Source: Candidatus Heimdallarchaeota archaeon (GTDB lineage Archaea > Asgardarchaeota > Heimdallarchaeia > Heimdallarchaeales > Heimdallarchaeaceae). Taken from it: 64,000 bases of DNA. Both the position numbers and the translations under genes were made by a program. The DNA is taken from the NCBI GenBank assembly GCA_021399345.1, contig JAAFKI010000182.1, positions 1 to 64,000 of the forward strand, read 5' to 3'. A model generated the notes under the pieces. That model was not told the origin of the DNA. It worked only from the letters and a program-made list of their open reading frames with translations, and searched no databases. Of this stretch, positions 41,956 through 52,853 are shown piece after piece. Within the stretch, counting starts at the first letter, position 1; each line of letters starts with the position of its first letter.

Positions 41956-44394
41956 ATGATTAATCATAAAAAGAAAAGAATAGTTCTATTTTATATTATC
42001 TCTTCACTTATTCTTTCATTAGCATTCATTTCCATAAATTCACTAGCTTATGATTTGAATGAAACTGAAACAATTACATTAAATGAATATGACAATGTAG
42101 GATATGGAGTTCTTGATGGTAATCGTATAAGAGAAAATCAACTATTAGAAACCCAATATGCTACAGATGTGAGATATGTAAAAGAAACTATAGGCTCAAC
42201 AACACATTCTATGGCTAATGATTCATCTGTATTTAGAACAAATTTAGATTCTACATACTATGATGATAATTTTCGATATGACATAGAACAATCAACCTGG
42301 AGATATAATCCAATTTATATCCAAGCTTTCAATCTTACTGGCACAGATCCTAATTTGAGTTTTACAACAGGTGTAAACAACCAAGGAATTCTCACATTAA
42401 GTTCACAAACTGCCATTGAAATGGAAGCAGATACCTATTATGTCTTCAAAGTTCGTTTACAAGCTGGAGAGATGTATGATTTGAATATGAAATCAATTAG
42501 TAGTGTTTCATATTATATTTACTTCAATGATTATTTATCTAGATCTGGTAGTGTAAATGGAGAAACTAGGAACATACAACCACTAGCAGCTAGAGGTTCT
42601 GGAGATTACTACATATATCTGTTTTCTGGCAATGATAACTATGTCGTTTTCGATCCAGTGAAAATAGATGTATCATCAATATCTGCTGGGGTCTTCGTAG
42701 CAGGGGACTTTGTTAATGAACCCAATAACATCTGGGATGAAGAAAGACAAGTTTTTGTAGATAATGACAATTCTGAGCACGTTGATGCTTATTTTGTAAC
42801 AATTCCAAAAGGTGTCTATGAATTCAAATACATTCGATTTGATGGTGGTATCAATACTAATGCATATGGAATGATTCCTAGCTTATATTATGAAGCAGGA
42901 CTTCAGAATACTTATTTCAATATCGAGATAGGATCATCATTTGACGATAAATTCGTGTTCAGCTTCGAATATGATACAAAAGTTCTTGTTTATATCACTG
43001 CAGAAAGAGACGGTACTGATTATATTGAATTTGATTACATATTCTCAGTTGATAAACTGGACTGTCCAACTTTGAAAGCGGGAGAAATTCTTGAATATGA
43101 AGATAATTTCTTATGTTTTGGAATCGATGTTAAAGAAACTCAACTTGCCTATTTCAATATTTCAACAGTTGGTTCTGTAATGGTATGGTTTGTAGATTAT
43201 GAAAATAAGAATCTAGGATATGGAAGTTATTACTTGCTCGATGACAATACACTTACGGTTGCAAAGCTTCTGCTTCAACCTGGTTATTATTACTTCTTTA
43301 ATCCAATTGAAGGCTTATATGATTTTGATATTGAGTATAATGCAGTATTAGCCGAAGAATTCACAGATTCATTTGATTTTGAACTCAGTCAGCGAGATGG
43401 TGGTCCATCAAATTATATGCTTTTCAAAATTGAAAATGAAGATTTTGATTTTCATAACTACAACATCAGCTTACTTCCTGCGTTAAACCGTACAGTAGAA
43501 TTTGGTTGCTACACTTATTTAGAAAACAACCCAATGGTTTTCTGGGGCACATCTGACTTAATTGGTTATCAACAAGTGGCTGGAATAAACCAAGGATATC
43601 CAGTTAACAATACGCAAATGCTGAATTTCCTTTCAACAGGAGAACCCACCATTCGTTATGTCCTCTTTGAAATACATGACATTTTCAATAATACAGGATA
43701 CTCTTGGCCAAGTTATGGAAGTGCTTTTAGCGAACCAGAAACTGTAACTCTTAGATTTAGTACAGATACCGATAATCCAGATGTTTTTGCTAATGTGAAT
43801 CTTAATTTTGAAGAACTAGATTTCATTGATAATGGTAGTTATTTGGTAAATTATGATTTCGATACAACTTATAGTGACTTCGACATATATATGATTCGTG
43901 CAACAGTTCCTGAACATACTTGGTACAAGGTTGAAATTGTAATTATTGATGGACTCAGAGATAATACCATCTACAATTTGCAGAATCCTGATGGTTACTT
44001 CCCAGGTTACTTATATAGGGATGCTGTTTGGAACAAATATTACAACTTAGATACTTTCACTCCGACTCACTTCATTAATTATGATGGTTCAAACGTTTCA
44101 TACGTAACTTTTGACATTGAATTTGGTGTATTTGATCCTAATCTAATTTTCATGTTTGGTGTTGACCACACTGCACTGAATGGTTCAATTGAATTCAAAT
44201 TCATCCCAATCGACTGTACACCTATCTCTTCAATTGCATCAGTAATTGTGAAAGGATTAGGATTAGGCGGAATAATTGCTCTCGCAGCAATTGGAGGGGT
44301 TGCTGGTTTTGGTATACTCGTTTTTGTTGTATTTAGAGTAGTTATACCCAAAATAAAGTCTAAAACTCCTGCAAGTCCACCAAGTCAATACTAA
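41956..44394 (+). CDS. large secreted/cell-surface protein with C-terminal membrane anchor
   Basis: Signal peptide MINHKKKRIVLFYIISSLILSLAFISINSLA; Tyr/Asp/Asn-rich beta repeats with many NxS/T sequons; C-terminal Gly-rich TM and short tail. Confidence 0.8.
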   Translation: MINHKKKRIVLFYIISSLILSLAFISINSLAYDLNETETITLNEYDNVGYGVLDGNRIRENQLLETQYATDVRYVKETIGSTTHSMANDSSVFRTNLDSTYYDDNFRYDIEQSTWRYNPIYIQAFNLTGTDPNLSFTTGVNNQGILTLSSQTAIEMEADTYYVFKVRLQAGEMYDLNMKSISSVSYYIYFNDYLSRSGSVNGETRNIQPLAARGSGDYYIYLFSGNDNYVVFDPVKIDVSSISAGVFVAGDFVNEPNNIWDEERQVFVDNDNSEHVDAYFVTIPKGVYEFKYIRFDGGINTNAYGMIPSLYYEAGLQNTYFNIEIGSSFDDKFVFSFEYDTKVLVYITAERDGTDYIEFDYIFSVDKLDCPTLKAGEILEYEDNFLCFGIDVKETQLAYFNISTVGSVMVWFVDYENKNLGYGSYYLLDDNTLTVAKLLLQPGYYYFFNPIEGLYDFDIEYNAVLAEEFTDSFDFELSQRDGGPSNYMLFKIENEDFDFHNYNISLLPALNRTVEFGCYTYLENNPMVFWGTSDLIGYQQVAGINQGYPVNNTQMLNFLSTGEPTIRYVLFEIHDIFNNTGYSWPSYGSAFSEPETVTLRFSTDTDNPDVFANVNLNFEELDFIDNGSYLVNYDFDTTYSDFDIYMIRATVPEHTWYKVEIVIIDGLRDNTIYNLQNPDGYFPGYLYRDAVWNKYYNLDTFTPTHFINYDGSNVSYVTFDIEFGVFDPNLIFMFGVDHTALNGSIEFKFIPIDCTPISSIASVIVKGLGLGGIIALAAIGGVAGFGILVFVVFRVVIPKIKSKTPASPPSQY

Positions 44395-44434
44395 TCTTTT
44401 TTCTTTTTTTCCTTTTTTTAAAACTGTATAATCT

Positions 44435-45388
44435 TCAGATGATTTTTTTTCTAATAAGGCAAAAGAAATCCGTTAAATCAACATTTCCTCCAGATATAAT
44501 TATTCCCACCTTTTGGTTTTCAAGATTGACTTTTCCTGATAAAACTCCAGCTAAAGAAACTGCACCAGATGGTTCTACAACAAGTTTCATTCTTGACCAG
44601 AGAAACTCCATCGCATTAACAATCTCTTCCTCGGTAACTGTAATAATGTCATTAACATGTTCAAGAATAATTTTGAATGTATTTGTTCCAAGTGAAACTC
44701 GTAAACCATCAGCAATCGTATTGGGGTTTACCACTGGGTAAAATTTTTTATCTTTAAATGATTTATATGCATCATCTGCGTTCTTTGGTTCAACCCCAAT
44801 TACTTTTGTATTTGCACATAAACCCTTTGTAGTTATGGCGGTTCCTGATAATAAACCTCCTCCTCCACATGGAGTAAAAATGAAGTCTAATTCACCCGTT
44901 TCTTTGATTAATTCATATGAAGCTGTTCCTTGTCCATGAATAACATCTAGGTTATTACTAGAATGAATCAAGGTATATCCGTGTTTGTTAATTAATGCTT
45001 GAGCTGTTTCCTCTCTATCCTCTGGCTTGGTTCCACAAAAAACCACTTTGGCACCATAACCTTTTGTTGCTGCAATTTTAATTTTTGGGGCATTCTCTGG
45101 CATAACAATAATTGCATTTACCCCCGCCATTTTAGCAGCCAAAGATAAGGCTTGAGCATGATTCCCAGAAGAATGAGTTATAACTCCTTTAGTTTTTAAT
45201 TTTGGGGATAAGCTAGAAATGGCATTGAATGCTCCTCTAAACTTAAATGAGCCTGTTCTTTGAAAACTTTCCATTTTCAAGAAACAGTTAGCCTTCACTA
45301 GTTTATCCAACTTAGAAGATGTCATAATTGGGGTTTTGTTAATTGTGTTCTCGATTCGACTATAAGCTTCCTCAATCTTTTCTAACAT
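44435..45388 (-). CDS. threonine/serine dehydratase (serine racemase-like)
   Basis: QRTGSFKFRGA, SSGNHAQ, GQGT, GGGGL, TIADGL, VEPSGA, SGGN. Confidence 0.93.
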   Translation of the reverse strand: MLEKIEEAYSRIENTINKTPIMTSSKLDKLVKANCFLKMESFQRTGSFKFRGAFNAISSLSPKLKTKGVITHSSGNHAQALSLAAKMAGVNAIIVMPENAPKIKIAATKGYGAKVVFCGTKPEDREETAQALINKHGYTLIHSSNNLDVIHGQGTASYELIKETGELDFIFTPCGGGGLLSGTAITTKGLCANTKVIGVEPKNADDAYKSFKDKKFYPVVNPNTIADGLRVSLGTNTFKIILEHVNDIITVTEEEIVNAMEFLWSRMKLVVEPSGAVSLAGVLSGKVNLENQKVGIIISGGNVDLTDFFCLIRKKII

Positions 45389-45433
45389 TTATATCACTTG
45401 CATATCCTGAGATCTTCTAGGATTTGTTTCACT

Positions 45434-46807
45434 CTAATGCTTACTTTTTCCTGTGAAGTTGAAAGACTTCAGTTTAATCGCAGGACAATTCATGGTAACT
45501 CCTGTTTCCACTTTGCTACCAATTAGTGGAATATTTTTTAGACAAGATGTGAGCTTATCTGTAAACCTGAAGTTCTTGGCTGCTGAAACAATCTCTCCAT
45601 TTTCAATATACATAATACCATCTCTTGTTAGGCCTGTAATTGCACCTAATTTCCGATTAACAAAATTTGTATAATGTAACCTATTGATAAAGAAACCTTG
45701 TTTGGTTTCCTCAATCATCTCAGGAATTGCTGAATCTCCTGGATAAAGTGTTAAGTTGATTGGCATCACCATACCAAATATATAATCACTGAAAGGAATT
45801 ACTTGATGACCTGTACTAAGCCTCTTATCGTTTAAGTATCTTGATGCAATAAAATTATTATATATTATTGATTTAGGAATACCTTCTTCAACCAGAAAGA
45901 GTGGCTTTTTTCTTACACCTTCTCCATCTGTTGGTGAGGCTAGAAGAGTTTCAGAATTTAAGGGATCATCATGAAGTGTTAATTTTGTATCAAACATTTG
46001 AGAACCTATTTGATCAGTTACAAAACTTTGGGATTCATGATATCCCAGACCATTAAAGCCAAAGGACAAGAATCTCATTAAAGTACTTGTTGCAGCTGGT
46101 GAAAGAATGACCTCATATTCTCCAAGTGAGTAATCTTTCGCAGAGCATGTACTTACAGATAATTCTGTTGCTTTTCGGGATAGTTCTGCAGGTTTTAGTA
46201 AAGACGGATCTCTTTCAAATTGTTCTTCTTTTGCATATCCCTTGCTTTCCTTTTCAGTTAATGAATTAATGATTAAACCATTATATGTGATCTGGTGGGA
46301 GATATCTATACCATTAGAATTTAAAATCCTATATCGAAGATCAGTAATTGAAATGGCCCCTGCCAATTTAGCACTTTTATCTACAGTTTCAGCCTCACCA
46401 ATCGCTGTTTCGACGATATCAGCACGTTGATATTCATCTAGTAAACTTCCAGTAGCATTTATAGAAGGAATCACTTCTTCAGTATCTTCAGAAAAACCTT
46501 GAAAAAAGGGAATTTCAGGAATAAAAGAGAGCATCGTTTCTAGCTGAGAAACAGCTGAATCTATAGCTGTTTTAGTTAGAGATGTTAAAGATAATGTACA
46601 TATCTTCTTTCCTTTTGATGCCTTGAAGAGAAAACGGCATGTATGATCAGATACATTTTGATGAATTGTAGAATTTGCAAACCTAGTAAGTGCATGTAAT
46701 CTATCAACACAACTTATTTCATATGAATCAAATGAACTCGATTCAAAGACTTTTACAGCATAATCAGTTAAGGAAATGAATTTTTCTGAGAACATGATAT
46801 CACTCAT
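45434..46807 (-). CDS. TldE/PmbA family protein
   Basis: TRFANSTIHQN, GEYEVILSP, DGEG, TGLTRDG, NFRF; lacks HExxH. Confidence 0.88.
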   Translation of the reverse strand: MSDIMFSEKFISLTDYAVKVFESSSFDSYEISCVDRLHALTRFANSTIHQNVSDHTCRFLFKASKGKKICTLSLTSLTKTAIDSAVSQLETMLSFIPEIPFFQGFSEDTEEVIPSINATGSLLDEYQRADIVETAIGEAETVDKSAKLAGAISITDLRYRILNSNGIDISHQITYNGLIINSLTEKESKGYAKEEQFERDPSLLKPAELSRKATELSVSTCSAKDYSLGEYEVILSPAATSTLMRFLSFGFNGLGYHESQSFVTDQIGSQMFDTKLTLHDDPLNSETLLASPTDGEGVRKKPLFLVEEGIPKSIIYNNFIASRYLNDKRLSTGHQVIPFSDYIFGMVMPINLTLYPGDSAIPEMIEETKQGFFINRLHYTNFVNRKLGAITGLTRDGIMYIENGEIVSAAKNFRFTDKLTSCLKNIPLIGSKVETGVTMNCPAIKLKSFNFTGKSKH

Positions 46808-46971
46808 ATTTTTGAAGTAAGATTTCGTTCTGTGGTATTTTAAACGGCAATAGTATTAATAAAAACATTTCTCTGAATCTCGCTAAGAGTTTTTATTTTC
46901 ACACTTTGTTCGTTTTTGATATCCCATTCTTTCTGTATGTCACCAAAATTGTTTTATTCTAATTCTTCACA

Positions 46972-47610
46972 ATGGATGTTATGTTAGAATCTCCTTCTTC
47001 TGGTGTGTTCATTTGTGTGGAAGGAATAGATGGTTCAGGAAAGACCACACATTCTCGATTATTGGTTGGATATCTTTGCTCTCTTGGTTTTGATGCAGTT
47101 TATACTACCGAACCTACAAGATATTCATTACCTGGTCGAAGGCTAAGAGAAAGTTTCTTTGCACCTGAACGATTACCTGTTGAAGAAGAATTTAAACTAT
47201 TTTTAGAAGACAGAATTATTCATCTTAGGGATGAAGTGATTCCTCTATTAAAAGATGGTAAGATAGTTATCACGGATAGATACTACTTTTCATCGGTAGC
47301 ATATCAAGGGTCAAGAGGATTGGATTGGAATTATATCTTGGAAGAAAATCAAAAAGTATCAATTATTCCAACACTTGTTTTGCTTCTAGATTTATCTGTT
47401 GACGAAGCATTGGCTAGAATCTCTGCTGATAGAGAAGAAGGAGTAAATACTTTTGAGAAAAAAGAAAACCTTCAAAAAGTCAGCGAAATATACTTGAAAC
47501 TAGCTGATAAATTTCCTGAACTTATTCATATTATTGATGTACATGACTCAATACAAGCTGTTCAAGAAGAACTTCAAACTTTCATTAGTAATTTCTTAGA
47601 GATAAGATGA
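46972..47610 (+). CDS. tmk: thymidylate kinase
   Basis: EGIDGSGKTT, EP, DRYYFSSVAYQG. Confidence 0.95.
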   Translation: MDVMLESPSSGVFICVEGIDGSGKTTHSRLLVGYLCSLGFDAVYTTEPTRYSLPGRRLRESFFAPERLPVEEEFKLFLEDRIIHLRDEVIPLLKDGKIVITDRYYFSSVAYQGSRGLDWNYILEENQKVSIIPTLVLLLDLSVDEALARISADREEGVNTFEKKENLQKVSEIYLKLADKFPELIHIIDVHDSIQAVQEELQTFISNFLEIR

Positions 47611-47614
47611 TTAT

Positions 47615-48358
47615 TTATTTCAGATATAAAATAACTAAAACTAATGCTGCAATTGACAAAAGTATTGCGATAACGTCCAATAATCTGATTCTTACATCAA
47701 GATAAAGATTCCTTCTTCTTTTAGGAACAAAACCCTTAATTGTCATAGATTCAGCAAGATCAATACCTCTATTTATTGAATCTGTTATTAATGGTTTCAG
47801 AGTTTTTCTAAAAATATAGATTTGTTTCCGAATTTCCCATTTTTTAGCAGTTAAACCTTTAATTTTTCTAATATCGTTTATTTCTTGAGCTTCCCTAGCA
47901 GTAATTGGAACGAACTGGTAGATTGTAATGATAAACCAGACTAACATTGCAGGAATATACATTTTTTCTAATGAAATCGCTAGTTCATAAGGTTCAACTG
48001 AGTAGAAGAACCAAGAAATTATCAAAAAAGATGTTGTAAATCGGCATACAATAATTGCATAAAGAAAGTATACATTTTCAACTGTAAGAGTAATATTTGC
48101 CAGAAGAGTAGCTATAAGAGAAAACAATGATAGGAAGAATAAAGAAATAATGATAAATTTAACTCTGGCTCTAACAATTATTGCTAAGAAAAGAGAGAAT
48201 ACTGCCAAGCTTCCTAGTAAATATATGTTACTAGAATAGAGAACACTTGTTAAGAAGATAAGAACGATTACTGATTTGGTTCTTGGGTCAAAACGAAACC
48301 GTTTCTTCGAAAGATGTACTTCAATTTCATTTTTAACAGTTATTCCCACGATTTTCAC
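47615..48358 (-). CDS. ECF transporter transmembrane T component
   Basis: DPRTK, QFVP, LAESMTIKGF; overlaps the ATPase stop codon. Confidence 0.85.
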   Translation of the reverse strand: MKIVGITVKNEIEVHLSKKRFRFDPRTKSVIVLIFLTSVLYSSNIYLLGSLAVFSLFLAIIVRARVKFIIISLFFLSLFSLIATLLANITLTVENVYFLYAIIVCRFTTSFLIISWFFYSVEPYELAISLEKMYIPAMLVWFIITIYQFVPITAREAQEINDIRKIKGLTAKKWEIRKQIYIFRKTLKPLITDSINRGIDLAESMTIKGFVPKRRRNLYLDVRIRLLDVIAILLSIAALVLVILYLK

Positions 48359-49830
48359 CCCTTTATGGATTTTGTAAAATTCTTCTTGCTTAATTTAGTT
48401 TCAAATTGATTTTTTGGACCTCTAAAGCTGATTTGACCATTTTCTAATCCAATAAATTCATCTGCTATTTCTCCAATCCATCTCCAATCATGAGATATTA
48501 TGATTACAGTTGTTCCATTCTTTTTCATGTTTACAATTTGATTTTTTACCCATGATTTATTTTTATCATCTAATCCATTTGTAATTTCATCTAAAATTAT
48601 TACTTCTGGTTGATGTTGGATTGCAGTAAGAAACGATAATCTTCTTTTTTCACCATGTGATAATGAATGAGGATTAAATTGCATTAAATCTCTCAAACCA
48701 CTGTTTTTCACCATTGTATCGGTGTCCTCAGAAATAATTTCCTTTCGGATATTATTTGATATTAATAGGATTTCATCTATTGATGTTTCCTCAAAAAACT
48801 GTTTATCTGGATCTTGAAATACAACCCCAATCCTTTTGGTTTTTTCTGTCCAAGAAAGTGATTGTAGATCTATATTATCTAACTTGATTGAGCCTTGTTT
48901 CGGTTTAAGTAGTCCAATTAGAAGCTTTAGAAGAGTAGTTTTTCCCGACCCATTATCTCCTACAAGAGCCACAATTTTTCCCTTACTAATTTTTAATGAA
49001 ATGTTTGATAACTGAAATTTTTCTGAAAAATCAAAACTTAGATTCTCTATGCTCACTTTAGCTTGCTTATCTGTTTTTTTTTCTTCATCTTCAGTTCTGC
49101 TAATTTTATTAGGTTTTTTCCTTTCAATCGCTGAAACTTTTGCGATTAAGTTTTCTTCAGCAATCTTTCCCCTTTCAATTCTTATTATTTTTGAAGCGAA
49201 CTCTAAATATTCTTCATATTCGTGAGTTGCAATTATTATGGTTTTCCCTTTTCTATTTAGTTGGATAAATGTGTCGAGTATCAGTTTCTTGTTATTTTGA
49301 TCCAAGTTTGCTAAAGGCTCATCAGCAACAATTATTTCCGGATTATCAGCTATAGCTGTTCCAATTGCTACTAATTGTTTTTCTCCTTCCGACAATTCAT
49401 TTAATTTTCTTTCTATAATTTTTCCTATATTCAAATCTCCTACTACTGAATGAACCTTTTCTACTATTTCTTCTCTAGTATAATCCTTATATTCAAGTGG
49501 AAATGCAATCTCTGAAAATACGTAAGGGGTTGTGAAAGAGTTTTCGAGTCGCTGTGGAATATATCCTATAATTTTTGAAAGCTTAGTGTATTGAACATTT
49601 GATATTTCGGTACCTTTTAACAGCATTTCCCCCAGTTTACCCCCCTCATAAAAATTCTCTAGCAAACCTAGAATTGAATAACAAATTGTGCTTTTACCAG
49701 ATCCACTTACGCCTGTTATGACTATGAATTCACCTTTTGAGATTGAGAAGTTAAGATTAGATACAGCTGGCTTTTCTCTTGAAAAATAACGAAAACTGAA
49801 ATTATTAAATGAAATAGTAGCATCTTTCAC
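48355..49830 (-). CDS. ECF transporter fused double ATPase (A-A')
   Basis: Two ABC cassettes: GVSGSGKS/LSEGEKQ/DEP and GDNGSGKT/FQDPD/LSHGEKRR/DE. Confidence 0.9.
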   Translation of the reverse strand: MKDATISFNNFSFRYFSREKPAVSNLNFSISKGEFIVITGVSGSGKSTICYSILGLLENFYEGGKLGEMLLKGTEISNVQYTKLSKIIGYIPQRLENSFTTPYVFSEIAFPLEYKDYTREEIVEKVHSVVGDLNIGKIIERKLNELSEGEKQLVAIGTAIADNPEIIVADEPLANLDQNNKKLILDTFIQLNRKGKTIIIATHEYEEYLEFASKIIRIERGKIAEENLIAKVSAIERKKPNKISRTEDEEKKTDKQAKVSIENLSFDFSEKFQLSNISLKISKGKIVALVGDNGSGKTTLLKLLIGLLKPKQGSIKLDNIDLQSLSWTEKTKRIGVVFQDPDKQFFEETSIDEILLISNNIRKEIISEDTDTMVKNSGLRDLMQFNPHSLSHGEKRRLSFLTAIQHQPEVIILDEITNGLDDKNKSWVKNQIVNMKKNGTTVIIISHDWRWIGEIADEFIGLENGQISFRGPKNQFETKLSKKNFTKSIKG

Positions 49831-49848
49831 AGTTTTTCCTCCAAAATA

Positions 49849-50859
49849 CTACTTTTTCTTTATTTCGCTTAGAACTAATTTAAGTATGAATTCTAGCAAC
49901 TTTTCATTATCCTTTGGAATTTTATTACTTGGTCTAATATTCATGCCTGCAGCTGTTAAATGACCCCCACCCGACCCATTAAACTGATTTGCAATACTAT
50001 TTGCTAAATCACCCAAATTAACATCATTTCTCTTTGCAAATTGAACAGTGCTTCTAAAACTAATTCGTATTTCATCATCTTGATGTGGTGTCATAACGGC
50101 TGCAAAATCAGTTCCAAGCCCAATTAGCGCTCGTGCTACAGAAGCTTCATAACTGCTAATATACGATATTGTGTAAATATCCTCTCCCTCTTTATGGTGT
50201 AATAATCTCTTGGTCCCTTTTATTCTTGCCATTTTTTCAGATACACTCATAGGTGATTGCAATGTGTTAATTGCTTTTTCATAATCTCCACCACTCTGGA
50301 TAAGAAATTCTACTATTGAAAATATAGACGCAGATATATATCTAAATCTTCTTGAATCAAAAATCATTCCGATTAGAAACAAGGTAGCAATTTTAGGTGG
50401 AGGTATAACTTTTAATTCCATATAAATTTGTGATAAAATTTCTGCTGTTGATGACAATTTTTTGACAATTGCATAGTCAACCTTATCAGTATATTCGTGA
50501 TGTGAATGGTGGTCAATCACAAAGGATAAAGTTCCCCTCCCAGTGATGCTTTTTAATGGGAACTCCCCGATTTGGTCTAAATTATTCGTGTCGCAAAGAA
50601 AAATGGCATCTAGATTGATATCATCTAGATTGTCAAGGAATTTTTCTTTTTTAATATCTAACATTCCCTTTGATAGATTACTCATTGTGTGTGAAAACAA
50701 GTATATTGATGAAGAAGGGACATATTTTTCAAGAAGGTATTTCAAACCTATGGCACTTGAAACCGAGTCAGGATCGGCATTTCGATGAGTAAAAATTCCT
50801 ATATTCTTAACTTTTTCTTGATTAAGTAAATCTACAATTTTTATGAATTCTTGAGACAT
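49849..50859 (-). CDS. DHH family phosphoesterase
   Basis: HRNADPD, CDT, IDHH, DS, GGGH DHHA1 motif. Confidence 0.92.
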   Translation of the reverse strand: MSQEFIKIVDLLNQEKVKNIGIFTHRNADPDSVSSAIGLKYLLEKYVPSSSIYLFSHTMSNLSKGMLDIKKEKFLDNLDDINLDAIFLCDTNNLDQIGEFPLKSITGRGTLSFVIDHHSHHEYTDKVDYAIVKKLSSTAEILSQIYMELKVIPPPKIATLFLIGMIFDSRRFRYISASIFSIVEFLIQSGGDYEKAINTLQSPMSVSEKMARIKGTKRLLHHKEGEDIYTISYISSYEASVARALIGLGTDFAAVMTPHQDDEIRISFRSTVQFAKRNDVNLGDLANSIANQFNGSGGGHLTAAGMNIRPSNKIPKDNEKLLEFILKLVLSEIKKK

Positions 50860-51146
50860 TTAAGCTCCTCCTTGAGAGCTTTTTGCCCGTATTCGAAAAG
50901 CTCTTTTTGCAAATTCTCCAATTGTGAGGAAGTTAAGCCACCAACAATGTCGAAATCTAATGCTAGAGTCAGTATGCTATCTGAGTTTTGAGATAGACTT
51001 ACCATTATACTGTAATCTGTAAGGAGTTGTCCAAAATCATGATTTTGAATATATGCGATTATTTTCTCTTCCACATTAGAAGCTGTTTCTTCCAAATCCT
51101 CATTAGACAAGGTTCCTATTCCTATTTCCTCTATTTCAGATGACAT
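50841..51146 (-). CDS. small acidic protein, DUF3194-like
   Basis: Position between prefoldin beta and DHH as in other archaea; IG..LS.EDLEE...E pattern. Confidence 0.6.
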   Translation of the reverse strand: MSSEIEEIGIGTLSNEDLEETASNVEEKIIAYIQNHDFGQLLTDYSIMVSLSQNSDSILTLALDFDIVGGLTSSQLENLQKELFEYGQKALKEELKCLKNS

Positions 51147-51189
51147 TTTATTTACTCTTAAGATAATTAAAGAAGAGCTAAGTTGGAAA

Positions 51190-51531
51190 TTATTTCTTTC
51201 CCATGAGCTTCTCTTGCAATTCTTTCACAGACGACATTAGTTTTTTTTCTCTATTTGTTAAAGAGGAAAGTCTAACATCAATTTTTTCTTGTTCTTCTGT
51301 AAGGTGATTTTTAACATCATCAACATTTGATTGGAACAACAATCTTCCTGCAGAACGATAAATTACTGCAGAAGGATCCATATCTTTCGTTTCTTTCAAT
51401 GCTATATCTACATCACGTTTTTCCAACTCTTGTTGTTGTAAATTCATTCGAATAGCTTCCAATTGCTGAACAAGTTGATTAAAACGTTGAACATCTTCCT
51501 GTTGCTCTGGTGTAATTTGTGGGGCTGCCAT
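51190..51531 (-). CDS. pfdB: prefoldin beta subunit
   Basis: Coiled coil - IYRSAGRLLF hairpin - coiled coil. Confidence 0.93.
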   Translation of the reverse strand: MAAPQITPEQQEDVQRFNQLVQQLEAIRMNLQQQELEKRDVDIALKETKDMDPSAVIYRSAGRLLFQSNVDDVKNHLTEEQEKIDVRLSSLTNREKKLMSSVKELQEKLMGKK

Positions 51532-51707
51532 TTGTTTACTCTCACTTATATTCTAAAACTATGCAACAACACAAATAAGATAAATCTTTTGATAAAAGGG
51601 AAACGTTACACATACAAATATTGAGAGAATCTGATTTTTCTATTCTCGTTTACAAGAAATTACAAATCACAAAAAAAATAAAAAATAAAAGAAAAAAGAA
51701 AAAAATC

Positions 51708-52853
51708 TTAGATACAGCGATAAACTGAGGTAGGACCAATTTCTCTATATTCTTTGCGGGTAACCCACAATTTAGCGAATGTTTTTAGAGAACTTAAAAT
51801 ACTACCACCAATCCAGACTGAATATCTTCTTTCAGGAGGTGCAATGATTTTAACTTCCATTGTCTCTGGGACAAGTTCAGTTAATTCCTTGTGCAAACGT
51901 TCCTTAAGACCTGGGAACATTGTTGAACCACCGGATAGAACAATATTGGCATAAAGATCTCTTCGGAGATCGACATCACAATTCTGGATGGATCTATAGA
52001 TTAATTCATCTAATGGGTTTTCTTCTGAACCTATAGCACCTGGATTAAAGCACAACTCGGGAGCCATGAAACGCTCGGCACCAATGGTTAATGTTTCACC
52101 ATCGGGTAATGTGTAAGTTTTTTCCATTCCAGATACCTTTTCTGCTAGTTTTAGTTCTTTTTCAGGATCTAAAGCTACGTAACAAAGGCGCTCTTTAATA
52201 TCACGGACAATTTCTCTTTCAGCACTGCTGGATAGAGAATAACCTCTTTGACGTAGAAGTCTTCTGAGGTAATCTGTAATATCTCGACCACCAATATCGG
52301 ATCTATGAATGGCATGGCTTATAGCGAAACCCTCGTAGACAGGGACAATGTGAGTAACCCCATCTCCAGAATCTACAACTATACCAGTTGTACGACCAGA
52401 AGCATAAAGTGATAGAATAGCCTGCATTGAGATATACATAGCAGGAACATTGAATGTATCAAACATTAATTCTGCCATTTTTTCTTTGTTTTGATTTTTG
52501 TTTAATGGAGGTTCAGTTAATAGAACAGGATGTTCGTTAGGATTGACTCTTAAATCATTGTAAAATGTATAATGCCAAATTCTCTCCATTGCATCCCAGT
52601 CTTGAACTTGTCCATGTTCGACAGGATAAACAAGTTTCAAAACACCACGGAGGTTAATTGCTTCCTCGCCTATGTAATACTCGCGGACATAGTGTTCAAC
52701 ATCAGTCATAATGATCTGATATTTTGGATAACCAATAATTGTTGGAAAAACACTTCTTGGTTGATCTTCGCCTGCAAAACCGTTCTTTGTAAAACCAGTA
52801 CCGTTATCTATAACCAGCGGTTTATTTTGAATCATCTCTTCCATAGATATCAC
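51708..52853 (-). CDS. Asgard actin (eukaryote-like actin)
   Basis: [92 protein letters not shown]; ATG at 52844 likely. Confidence 0.97.
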   Translation of the reverse strand: MISMEEMIQNKPLVIDNGTGFTKNGFAGEDQPRSVFPTIIGYPKYQIIMTDVEHYVREYYIGEEAINLRGVLKLVYPVEHGQVQDWDAMERIWHYTFYNDLRVNPNEHPVLLTEPPLNKNQNKEKMAELMFDTFNVPAMYISMQAILSLYASGRTTGIVVDSGDGVTHIVPVYEGFAISHAIHRSDIGGRDITDYLRRLLRQRGYSLSSSAEREIVRDIKERLCYVALDPEKELKLAEKVSGMEKTYTLPDGETLTIGAERFMAPELCFNPGAIGSEENPLDELIYRSIQNCDVDLRRDLYANIVLSGGSTMFPGLKERLHKELTELVPETMEVKIIAPPERRYSVWIGGSILSSLKTFAKLWVTRKEYREIGPTSVYRCI

